In this document: positions 28,311 to 36,058 of the stretch, piece after piece
Layout: each line of letters begins with the position of its first letter
How positions within the stretch are numbered: the stretch's first letter is position 1
Assembly: GCA_023251805.1 (NCBI GenBank)
Contig: JAHEYB010000001.1
Span: 104,384 to 168,383 of the forward strand
From: Bacteroidota bacterium
Lineage (GTDB): Bacteria; Bacteroidota; Bacteroidia; 2-12-FULL-35-15
DNA: 64,000 nucleotides
Direction: 5' to 3'
Translations under genes and position numbers: made by a program
Notes under the pieces: generated by a model
What the model saw: the letters and a program-made list of their open reading frames with translations, nothing else
What the model was told of the DNA's origin: nothing
The model's database searches: none

Positions 28311-30068
28311 TTATTTTTTCTCTTCGTCTTTTTTAGCAGAAGCAGCAGGAACAACTTCTTTTAAATATACTTGAGAATAATCTCTGTAACGCATAGGGTT
28401 TGAAAACAAATTACGAACGTTTGATTTTACTAAACGATAATTCTCATCATACCACAACATCATCACAGGAGCATCGTTCATCATAATTTGTTCTGCTTTT
28501 AATAAATCAGCATATCCTTCTTCCTGTGTTTTAGCAGATTTTCCGGCATCAAACAATTTATCAAATTCTTCGTTTTTATAACGAGGGGTATTTGGATAAG
28601 AAGGCTGAGCAATATCGGCAGGAACAGTCGCTCCGTAAAGAATCCACAAGAAATTTTCGGGGCTAGGGAAATCGGCAATCCAAGCTGCACGAAAAATTTC
28701 AGCGCGGGCATATTTTGCATCATCCATTTTTTGTTTTTGTGGCACTACTTCAAAATCAACATTTACATTTAGTACTTCCATCAATTGTTTTTGAATTTCT
28801 AAAACAACGTTCGTGTTTTTTGCGCCACCGCTATTCAATTCAATTTTTACTTTTGGAAATCCTTTACCATTTGGATATCCAGCTTCAGCCAATAATTTTT
28901 TTGCTTTTTCAGCATCAAAATCATAACCGGTAATTTTAGTGATGTCGTATCCTTTAAAAGAAGGAGGGGAAATACCATTAATTGCAGGGCCATAAGCTTC
29001 GCCTTTTAATACGTCTTCAACAATTCTGTTTCTGTCAATTGCATATGAGAATGCTTGACGCACTTTGATATTATTGAATGGCTCTTTTGTCATATTAAAT
29101 TCGTAATACTGACTAGCCATTTCGGGTGAGCGCTCCAAAACATATTTTGGTGGCTTATTTTGAAAATCAGCGATTTGGCTCTCAACCATATCTTTAATAG
29201 ATTCAGATGGCAATCCAATAACCATATCCAAATTACCATTTTGAAAATTATCCAATTCCTGTTTTTTGGTAGGCAAGAAACTGATGACAACTGAATCTAG
29301 GAAAGGTAATGCGTTACCCAACGAATCCTTTCCGTGGTAATTATCATTGCGTTTTAATAATGCTTTGTCGGTAGAACCATTGTCAACATATATAAAAGGC
29401 CCAGTTCCTACTTTAATGTCTGCGCCATATTTATCATATGCTTCTTTTGCAAAAACGCTAGAAACGGGTGATGCCAAAGCAAATAAGAAAGAGGTGCTTG
29501 GAGAGGCTAAGGTAATGGAAATAGTATAGTCATCAGGTGTTTTGATTCCGTCAATAGAGCCATTGGGCTTGCCTTTGCTTGCGTCAAAGAATTTATTTGC
29601 TCCAACTACACGGTCTTTAAATGTAGCCGCAAAGTTTGAATTCTCCTTATTATCAGTACAAAGTAGCTCAAAAGCGAATTTAAAATCTGAAGATTTCACT
29701 TCTCTTCCTTTTCCATCAGGAAAACATTCATTATCCTGAAACATTACACCTTTTTTAAGGTGAAAAGTATAGGTGGTTCCTGCTGCATCAATCTCCCATT
29801 TTTCCGCTAAACTCGGCATAATGGAAAGGTCTTTAGGATTAAATTTTACCAATCCTTCATAAATTTGGTTGGCAATGTGCGCAGAACCTATGTCTGTAAT
29901 ACCTGCAGGATATAATGTTTGAAATTGTTCGGTTTCATTTATTCTCAGCGTCCCGCCATAAACTTTGTCGCCTTTTGCAACTCTGTCATTCCCGCCTTCG
30001 CCTGTAGAATTAGAGCAAGAGCTGAATAGAACTGCGACAGAGAGGATAAAGAAGAAGGATTTTTTCAT
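28311..30068 (-). CDS. ABC transporter substrate-binding lipoprotein, family 5 (peptide/nickel type)
   Basis: The ORF opens at 30143. ATG 30068 gives the lipobox start MKKSFFFILSVAVLFSSCS. About 585 aa with OppA/DppA-like sequence throughout. No permease or ATPase genes are adjacent. Confidence 0.8.
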   Translation of the reverse strand: MKKSFFFILSVAVLFSSCSNSTGEGGNDRVAKGDKVYGGTLRINETEQFQTLYPAGITDIGSAHIANQIYEGLVKFNPKDLSIMPSLAEKWEIDAAGTTYTFHLKKGVMFQDNECFPDGKGREVKSSDFKFAFELLCTDNKENSNFAATFKDRVVGANKFFDASKGKPNGSIDGIKTPDDYTISITLASPSTSFLFALASPVSSVFAKEAYDKYGADIKVGTGPFIYVDNGSTDKALLKRNDNYHGKDSLGNALPFLDSVVISFLPTKKQELDNFQNGNLDMVIGLPSESIKDMVESQIADFQNKPPKYVLERSPEMASQYYEFNMTKEPFNNIKVRQAFSYAIDRNRIVEDVLKGEAYGPAINGISPPSFKGYDITKITGYDFDAEKAKKLLAEAGYPNGKGFPKVKIELNSGGAKNTNVVLEIQKQLMEVLNVNVDFEVVPQKQKMDDAKYARAEIFRAAWIADFPSPENFLWILYGATVPADIAQPSYPNTPRYKNEEFDKLFDAGKSAKTQEEGYADLLKAEQIMMNDAPVMMLWYDENYRLVKSNVRNLFSNPMRYRDYSQVYLKEVVPAASAKKDEEKK

Positions 30069-30369
30069 AAGATTGTGTGATATTATTGATAAAAAGCTTG
30101 AAATTGTTGTTAAAATTAAGTGCAAGATTAGTGCATCTTTCACAAATGTGCAAGTAAATATACAAAAAAACTCGATTTTAAGCCAATCTTTGAAAATAAT
30201 TGATTTTGTTTACGAGAGATGTATTGTGTATGACAAATTTGTTTAAATTTGCGATGAATTCTAAAAATAATGATTTTTTATTTTGAAATTATTAAATAAG
30301 ATTATAATATTGCGTTCGAAAATGGAGAACGGCTCATTATAAGTTCTTGTTTTTATATAAAAAAGTACA

Positions 30370-31173
30370 ATGAAAAAAATATTGTTTACCGCTTTTAGTT
30401 TGATTGTTTCATCTTCAGTTTTTGCTGTAGGAGTAATAGTGTTGGAAGGAAACTACCAAGGAAAAAATCTTTATATTCAAAATCCATTTGCAGGATCAGG
30501 AGTTGGTTTTTGTGTACAGGAAGTTAGAGTGAACGGAAATGTTACAACAGACGAGATTGCATCAAGTGCTTTCGAAATTGATTTTAGAAACTTACAATTG
30601 AAGATTGGTGATAAAGTGGAAGTAAAAATTACTCACAAAGATGATTGCAAGCCCAAAGTGCTAAATCCTGAGGTTTTAAAGCCAAAAAGTACATTTGAAA
30701 TTGTTTCTATGGCAGTGGGTACGGATTTAACCTTCAAATGGTCTACAAAAGGTGAAACAGGAAAGTTAGCGTACGTTATTGAGCAGTTCCGTTGGAACAA
30801 ATGGGTGAAAGTAGGAGAAGTAGAAGGAAATGGTACACCAGATGTAAACAACTACTCTTTCTTAGTAGCACCGCATTCCGGTAAAAACCAATATCGTGTT
30901 AAGCAAGTAGATTATACGGGTCAACCTAAATTATCCAGAACTGTTGATTACAACTCAACATCCCCGGAAATTACATTCAGTCCTGCTAAAGTATCCAAAG
31001 AAATAGGCTTTTTCGCTGGAAGCACTCCAACCGAAACGATGTTTGAAATATATGACCAATTTGGTAATATTGTAAAACGAGGTTTCGCGTCAACTGTAGA
31101 TGCATCTAATTTGCCCAAAGGCGCATATTATTTGAACTACGACAATAAAATGGGCGAGTTTATCAAAAAATAA
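30370..31173 (+). CDS. Secreted protein, unknown function
   Basis: 267-aa ORF with a signal peptide. The beta-rich C-terminal ..LPKGAYYLNYDNKMGEFIKK resembles a T9SS sorting domain. Confidence 0.6.
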   Translation: MKKILFTAFSLIVSSSVFAVGVIVLEGNYQGKNLYIQNPFAGSGVGFCVQEVRVNGNVTTDEIASSAFEIDFRNLQLKIGDKVEVKITHKDDCKPKVLNPEVLKPKSTFEIVSMAVGTDLTFKWSTKGETGKLAYVIEQFRWNKWVKVGEVEGNGTPDVNNYSFLVAPHSGKNQYRVKQVDYTGQPKLSRTVDYNSTSPEITFSPAKVSKEIGFFAGSTPTETMFEIYDQFGNIVKRGFASTVDASNLPKGAYYLNYDNKMGEFIKK

Positions 31174-31175
31174 TT

Positions 31176-31197
31176 CTTCGACTCCGCTCGAAATGAC
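31176..31197. repeat. Dispersed repeat copy (reverse orientation)
   Basis: cttcgactccgctcgaaatgac lies 3 nt after the stop and before the terminator. Confidence 0.7.
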
Positions 31198-31206
31198 ATA
31201 ATTGAA

Positions 31207-31241
31207 AATAATCCCGGTATTTATATCGGGATTATTTTTTT
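31207..31241 (+). terminator. Intrinsic terminator
   Basis: aataatcccg / cgggattatt 10-bp stem followed by a T-run. Confidence 0.8.
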
Positions 31242-31262
31242 ATATTAACTAAACTATTGATA

Positions 31263-31685
31263 ATGTTAAAGATAGAGCATATTGGTATCGCAGTAAAGGA
31301 TATCTCAGCTTCCAACGACTTGTTCAGCAAGCTATTTGGAAAAGTACCCTATAAGCTTGAAAGAGTAGAATCGGAAGGTGTTTCTACCTCCTTTTTTATG
31401 ATAGGCGACAGCAAAATAGAGCTTTTAGAAGCAACTAGCCCTGATAGTCCGATTGCCAAGTTTATTGAGAAAAAAGGCGAAGGCATTCATCACATTGCTT
31501 TTGAAGTAGCCGATATTGATGCTGAAATGAAACGTTTACAAGCAGAAGGATTTACCTTATTGTCGGATATTCCCAAAAAAGGTGCTGACAATAAACGCAT
31601 TTGTTTCTTGCATCCAAAGGGTACAAATGGTGTATTAATAGAGCTTTGTCAATCTGTTAGGACTCCTTCTGAGGAGATGAAATAA
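31263..31685 (+). CDS. mce: Methylmalonyl-CoA epimerase (glyoxalase/VOC fold)
   Basis: ATG 31263: MLKIEHIGIAVKDI... followed by ..GEGIHHIAFEVADID.. and ..ICFLHPKGTNGVLIEL.. Confidence 0.85.
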   Translation: MLKIEHIGIAVKDISASNDLFSKLFGKVPYKLERVESEGVSTSFFMIGDSKIELLEATSPDSPIAKFIEKKGEGIHHIAFEVADIDAEMKRLQAEGFTLLSDIPKKGADNKRICFLHPKGTNGVLIELCQSVRTPSEEMK

Positions 31686-31687
31686 AA

Positions 31688-31713
31688 AAATCCTCCCAAA
31701 TTTAAGGAGGATT
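31688..31713. terminator. Bidirectional hairpin terminator (strong on minus strand)
   Basis: aaatcctcc / ggaggattt stem. On the minus strand it is followed by seven T. Closes the tRNA/GIY-YIG transcription unit. Confidence 0.75.
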
Positions 31714-31779
31714 TGGTGGGCCCACTTGGAATCGAACCAAGCACCCACAGCCCCGATAGCCATAGGGGGAGTCTGTTGC
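31714..31779 (-). pseudogene. 3' two-thirds copy of the tRNA(CAT) gene, anticodon loop replaced by an 18-nt imperfect palindrome
   Basis: Minus strand: gcaacagactc-cccctatggctatcgggg-ctgtgggtgcttggttcgattccaagtgggcccacca. Outside the 18-nt insert it is identical to the intact tRNA at 32111..32187. Confidence 0.85.
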
Positions 31780-31786
31780 ATAGTAT

Positions 31787-32071
31787 TTATAGTTCTTTCA
31801 ATTTTACAATTAATTCAGGATGAAGAGTTAAGTTTTTAATATAAGGTTTACTCTTCATTTTTTTAATATGTTTTTCAATTTTTATAGCTTGAGTAAAAGA
31901 CGAGCATTCTATATTTAAAAACAATTGCCAATCATCTGCTTTTGCTGTAAAACGATGCTGGCCATATGAGTGATTGTTATGCTTAATTAGGCGTGAATCT
32001 AGGTCCTCGTGGCAAACTCCAATATAAAACCGATTAAGCTTTTGGCTATGTATTATGTAACAAGAATTCAT
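31787..32071 (-). CDS. GIY-YIG nuclease family protein (catalytic-domain-only, 94 aa)
   Basis: ATG 32071: MNSCYIIHSQKLNRFYIGVCHEDLDSRLIKHNN..., giving GIY-like CYI, then YIG, a conserved Arg, and later IEKHIKKMKSK (Glu). The longer track ORF to 32137 reads through the tRNA gene and is not credible. Confidence 0.8.
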   Translation of the reverse strand: MNSCYIIHSQKLNRFYIGVCHEDLDSRLIKHNNHSYGQHRFTAKADDWQLFLNIECSSFTQAIKIEKHIKKMKSKPYIKNLTLHPELIVKLKEL

Positions 32072-32110
32072 TTTATAAAGAACCCCGAAGTTATTACTCC
32101 GGGGTTGACT

Positions 32111-32187
32111 TGGTGGGCCCACTTGGAATCGAACCAAGCACCCACAGATTATGAGTCTGTTGCTCTAACCGAATGAGCTATAGGCCC
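32111..32187 (-). tRNA. tRNA, anticodon CAT (elongator Met or Ile2/lysidine), CCA encoded
   Basis: gggccta-ta-gctc-attcggtta-gagc-a-acaga-ctCATaa-tctgt-gggtg-cttgg-ttcgatt-ccaag-tgggccc-a-cca folds as a canonical 77-nt cloverleaf. It lacks the three G:C pairs of initiator tRNA anticodon stems. C4:G69 and C5:G68 fit E. coli TilS determinants, but this is not decisive. Confidence 0.9.
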
Positions 32188-32213
32188 AAGTCACTATTTT
32201 TACTTTATCTTTA

Positions 32214-32275
32214 CACCCACAGTCCCGATAGCTATCGGGAGAGTCTGTTGCTCTAACCGAATGAGCTATAGGCCC
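32214..32275 (-). pseudogene. 5' two-thirds copy of the tRNA(CAT) gene, anticodon loop replaced by a perfect 18-nt palindrome
   Basis: Minus strand: gggcctatagctcattcggttagagcaacagactc-tcccgatagctatcggga-ctgtgggtg, after which homology ends. The T arm and 3' acceptor strand are missing. Confidence 0.85.
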
Positions 32276-32352
32276 TTTTGTATTGCTACAAAATTAGGAA
32301 TGCGAAATTAGATATTTACAACGAATTAACAAAACTCTACTCCCTTTATATT

Positions 32353-32985
32353 GTGGATATTTCAGAAAAACAAATAAAGAATATCATTTTTGATTTAGGG
32401 GGCGTCATTCTCAATATCGATTATAATTTATTGGTAAAATCTTTTTCTGAAATTGGATTACCACATTTTGAAGATTTTTTTTCTCAAAAAAAGCAAAAAA
32501 TTTTCTTTGATGAATACGAAAAAGGAAATATTAGCTCCAGCGAGTTTAGAAAAAAATTAAAAAAACAGTGTATTCCAAATACTTCTGATGAAGCAATAGA
32601 TAGCGCATGGAATGCAATGCTGCTTGACCTTCCCAAAGAACGATTGGATTTTCTGATGTTTGTTAAGAGCCGTTATAGGACTTTTCTTTTGAGTAATACG
32701 AATGAAATTCACATAAATTGTATTTATAATTATTTAAAAAAGAACTTTCAGAAAAATGATTTTTCTTCTTGTTTTGAGAAAGTCTACCTCTCGTATGAAA
32801 TAGGAATGAGAAAGCCGGATGCTGAAATATTTGAAAAAGTAATTAATGAAAATGGTTTGAATAAAATAGAAACATTGTTTATTGATGATTCAAGTCAACA
32901 TATTGAAAGTGCAAGAAATTTTGGGATTCAAACCTATTTGCTAGATGTAAAAAAGGAAAGTATCCAACATGTTTTTAAAACATAA
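32353..32985 (+). CDS. HAD-superfamily hydrolase
   Basis: The ORF opens at 32278, abutting the tRNA fragment. In-frame GTG 32353 gives (M)DISEKQIKNIIFDLGGVIL with HAD motif I (DxG). ..LLSNTN.. is motif II and ..FIDDS.. is motif IV. Start uncertain. Confidence 0.75.
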   Translation: MDISEKQIKNIIFDLGGVILNIDYNLLVKSFSEIGLPHFEDFFSQKKQKIFFDEYEKGNISSSEFRKKLKKQCIPNTSDEAIDSAWNAMLLDLPKERLDFLMFVKSRYRTFLLSNTNEIHINCIYNYLKKNFQKNDFSSCFEKVYLSYEIGMRKPDAEIFEKVINENGLNKIETLFIDDSSQHIESARNFGIQTYLLDVKKESIQHVFKT

Positions 32986-33040
32986 TCCCACATTTCGCTT
33001 TCAATTTTAAAATGATTATTTTTGTATAAATAAAAACAAA

Positions 33041-33742
33041 ATGAAATCGCTTTCAGAAAAAATAAATTCTTCTTTCGTATCATTTATATTTCTTTTGTTT
33101 TTAAGCAGTATTTCCTTCGCACAAACAAAAGATTCTATTATCGAAAAACCGGCAAAAAAAATTGCCGACCCCAAAGATCATATTGTAGTTGATTTTAGTT
33201 TTGATTCCTACCGAAACTGGCCTGATGGAATTGGACAAAAACCTTATTCATTGGGCGGAAATGCTTTTTTGATGTGGGATTATCCTTTTGGATACGGACC
33301 ATTAAGTTTAGCTATTGGCGCTGGGTTTAGTACGCACGATGTACATACAAACGGACAAATTACTTATTCCATCGATGGAAAATATACCACTTTTGTTCCC
33401 ATCACTACAAAATATAGTACTAATAAATTTTCTTGCAACTTTATGGAAATTCCTGTTGAATTAAGGATTCGTACAAGAGGAGAGAAAAGTTTTAAAATGG
33501 CTATTGGAGGAAAAATCGGATACGCCTATAATGTGCATACAAAATATGCCGATGAAGATGGGAAAATTAAAGTGTACAGAATTAAAAACATTGAACCTTT
33601 GCGATATGGGGTAACATTCAGAATAGGCTACAACAAATTTAATTTGCAAGGGTTTTATGCTTTATCCGAACTGTTTAAAAAGGGGAGAGGCGAGCCTGGG
33701 ATGATTCCTTTCTCTTTTGGTGTTGGGATGTGGTTGTATTAA
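33041..33742 (+). CDS. Outer-membrane beta-barrel protein (PorT/OmpA-beta-barrel-like size class)
   Basis: 233-aa ORF with a signal peptide ..SISFAQ, alternating beta-strand pattern and a C-terminal aromatic (..GMWLY). Confidence 0.6.
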   Translation: MKSLSEKINSSFVSFIFLLFLSSISFAQTKDSIIEKPAKKIADPKDHIVVDFSFDSYRNWPDGIGQKPYSLGGNAFLMWDYPFGYGPLSLAIGAGFSTHDVHTNGQITYSIDGKYTTFVPITTKYSTNKFSCNFMEIPVELRIRTRGEKSFKMAIGGKIGYAYNVHTKYADEDGKIKVYRIKNIEPLRYGVTFRIGYNKFNLQGFYALSELFKKGRGEPGMIPFSFGVGMWLY

Positions 33743-33755
33743 ATCTTGCATAATT

Positions 33756-33874
33756 TTCTCGCAGATTTCGCAAATTTTCGCTGAGAAAGGTTATTAGAAG
33801 GCATTAGATTCTAAACAAAAGCATTCAATAGTGTTTTTAATTCATCGGAAAAATATCTGCGGAATCTGCGAGAA
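33756..33874. repeat. 12-bp perfect inverted repeat of CTGCG-type words between convergent genes
   Basis: ttctcgcagatt (33756..33767) and aatctgcgagaa (33863..33874), with extra atctgcgg / tttcgca words beside them. Confidence 0.7.
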
Positions 33875-33877
33875 ATA

Positions 33878-34498
33878 CTAGTAATATAACATCAATCCTA
33901 ATTCAATAAAAAATCCCAATAAAAATCCTGTATAAACTTGTGCGGGAGTGTGAGCTTTTAATTTTAAACGAGCGTATCCAACTAATCCCGACACTAGAAG
34001 AATAGCTATAAAGGCGACACTTGTATCCATTTGTATGCGGTATATTAATCCGAGTGTAGCTCCCGCTATTCCTCCAATTCCAATAGTATGTGCACTTATT
34101 TTCCACTTGAAGTTAATGATAAAGGTTAACAAAATTGAAATTCCGGCACCGAGTATTACAATTTTAAAAATGCTGGGAAATTCTGCATCATAAAACAAAT
34201 AGAGCAAAGCAAAAAAGTATAAAGCTGTACTGCTAAATGGAATAATACGTTCTTGATTGGTTTCCATTTCCAAACTTTGAATGCGCTTCATCTTTAATAA
34301 AATTAAAGCGTTTACCGTTGGTAATAAAAAAGTAAATAAAAAGGTTACTCCTAAAATAATGAATTTTAAAATTTCAGGAATAAACGTAGAAATGTAATTT
34401 TCTGTAAAAAAAATAAAAGCAAATCCATAGGTTGGCATTAACAATGGATGAAAAAGGTAGGAAATAATTTTTGCGAATTTTGATTCTGTATCCACCAC
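33878..34498 (-). CDS. Polytopic membrane protein with degenerate PAP2-like motifs
   Basis: 206-aa ORF with 6 helices. ..KISAHTIGIGG.. and ..ARLKLKAHTPAQV.. resemble PAP2 motifs 2 and 3. Its start overlaps the rpoN stop by 1 nt. Confidence 0.5.
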   Translation of the reverse strand: MVDTESKFAKIISYLFHPLLMPTYGFAFIFFTENYISTFIPEILKFIILGVTFLFTFLLPTVNALILLKMKRIQSLEMETNQERIIPFSSTALYFFALLYLFYDAEFPSIFKIVILGAGISILLTFIINFKWKISAHTIGIGGIAGATLGLIYRIQMDTSVAFIAILLVSGLVGYARLKLKAHTPAQVYTGFLLGFFIELGLMLYY

Positions 34499-35958
34499 TA
34501 CAGTTCCTTTCTTAAACGTGCAACCGGAATATCAAGCTGTTCGCGGTATTTGGCGATGGTTCTGCGGGCAATGTTATAGCCTTTTTCTTTTAATATTTTT
34601 GTTAGTTTATCGTCCGTCAAAGGTTTCTTTTTGTTTTCTGCTGCAATACAATCTTCTAGAATTTTTTTCACTTCTCGTGTAGAAACTTCTTCTCCGCTAT
34701 CTGTTGAAAGTGATTCACTGAAAAATGATTTTAATAAAAAGGTGCCGAAAGCAGTTTGCACATATTTGCTATTTGCAACACGAGAAATAGTAGAGATATC
34801 CAAGTTCACCTTTTCGGCAATGTCCTTTAAAATCATCGGTTTTAAAAGTGTTTCATCCCCAGTCAAAAAATATTCTTTTTGATATTCCATAATTGCATTC
34901 ATGGTATATAATAACGTATAACTCCGTTGTTGTAAAGCATCAATAAACCATTTTGCACCTTCCAGTTTTTGTTTCACAAACATGGAAGCCTCTTTGCTAC
35001 TTTTGTCTTTTGATTTGGAATATTCTTCCAACATTTGTGAATATTCCTTGCTCACTTTTAAATCCGGAGAATTTCTGGAATTTAATGTAAGTATTAATTG
35101 CCCGTCTTCGTTCACCATCATAAAATCGGCAATCACCTGCTGGTGACTTTTTTGGCCATCTGCCATTGAGTTTCCCGGACGTGGGTTCAACTTTAAAATT
35201 TCCTGTATCACTTCTTTTAACGTTTCATCATCAATTTCTAATTTCTTAGAAATTTTATCATAATGTTTTTTAGAAAATTCATCCATTTGTTTTTCTACCA
35301 CTTCTGTAGCTAGTTCCACAATCATAGTTTGAACTTCTATTTTTCTTAATTGGATGAGTAAACATTCTTGGAGGTCGCGGGCGCCAATACCTGCGGGCTC
35401 AAAATCTTGTATGACTTTTAATAATTCGTTTAATTCAATTTCGGTAGTTGTAATATTTTGAGAAAAGGCAATATCGTCAACAATGGAAGAAAGTTCTCTT
35501 CTTAAATAACCATCATCATCTAAATTTCCGATGAGGTGAAGCGCAATCTGGTATTCGCGGTCATCCAAATCTTTCATTCCAAGCTGACTTTCCAGCATGT
35601 CCTGAAATGTTACGCCAACTGAAAATGGAATTTCTTTGCGTTCTTCATCCGGACTAGTATTATTTACTTTTAGTTTGTAAGAAGCGCCTTCATCATCATC
35701 CATGTAATCACTGATGCTAAAATCCTCTCTTTGATTTTCGTCATCATTGGTAGTATCATCAAACTCTTCGTCATTATCAAATTCATCTGCTGGTTCGTCA
35801 TCGGTATCTACACCTTCTTCAAGTGCGGGATTGATTTCCATTTCTTCTTTGATACGTTGTTCTAATGCGATAGTAGGTAACTGCAACAATTTCATCAATT
35901 GAATTTGTTGCGGGGATAATTTTTGTAGTAATTTCTGCGACTGAATCTGCCTTAACAT
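34498..35958 (-). CDS. rpoN: RNA polymerase sigma-54 factor
   Basis: 486-aa ORF. N-terminal MLRQIQSQKLLQKLSPQQIQLMKLLQLPT, an acidic region and the RpoN box ARRTIAKYREQL. Confidence 0.95.
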   Translation of the reverse strand: MLRQIQSQKLLQKLSPQQIQLMKLLQLPTIALEQRIKEEMEINPALEEGVDTDDEPADEFDNDEEFDDTTNDDENQREDFSISDYMDDDEGASYKLKVNNTSPDEERKEIPFSVGVTFQDMLESQLGMKDLDDREYQIALHLIGNLDDDGYLRRELSSIVDDIAFSQNITTTEIELNELLKVIQDFEPAGIGARDLQECLLIQLRKIEVQTMIVELATEVVEKQMDEFSKKHYDKISKKLEIDDETLKEVIQEILKLNPRPGNSMADGQKSHQQVIADFMMVNEDGQLILTLNSRNSPDLKVSKEYSQMLEEYSKSKDKSSKEASMFVKQKLEGAKWFIDALQQRSYTLLYTMNAIMEYQKEYFLTGDETLLKPMILKDIAEKVNLDISTISRVANSKYVQTAFGTFLLKSFFSESLSTDSGEEVSTREVKKILEDCIAAENKKKPLTDDKLTKILKEKGYNIARRTIAKYREQLDIPVARLRKEL

Positions 35959-35996
35959 AATCTTTCTCCTCGTTTCTACAAAAGTAACAAAAATTT

Positions 35997-36039
35997 AGCC
36001 AAAAAATAAGCTCGAAATGGTCTTCATTTCGAGCTTATT
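35997..36039 (-). terminator. Intrinsic terminator after the T9SS-cargo gene
   Basis: aataagctcgaaatg / atttcgagcttatt stem. The minus strand continues with a T-run. Confidence 0.8.
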
Positions 36040-36058
36040 ACAGGAATTTATCAACTTT

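Noticed and set aside
25552-30068. SBP / DUF4139 / J-domain genes as a functional system
   Set aside because: They share a strand, but a terminator separates the first two. No ABC permease or ATPase is present, and I know of no link among the families. Evidence is insufficient to propose a system.
31787-32137. 116-aa version of the GIY-YIG ORF with N-terminus MVRFQVGPPSQPRSNNFGVLYK
   Set aside because: The extra 22 codons translate the 3' half of the intact tRNA gene and the hairpin. The family-typical start (MNSCYIIHS..YIG) is at ATG 32071.
31714-32275. Group I intron or split/permuted tRNA interpretation of the tRNA pieces
   Set aside because: The sequence between the two partial copies contains a complete independent tRNA and a short ORF but nothing resembling a group I core. 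The rebuilt gene would have no anticodon. BHB-type splicing is not known in bacteria. A duplication or insertion explanation is simpler.
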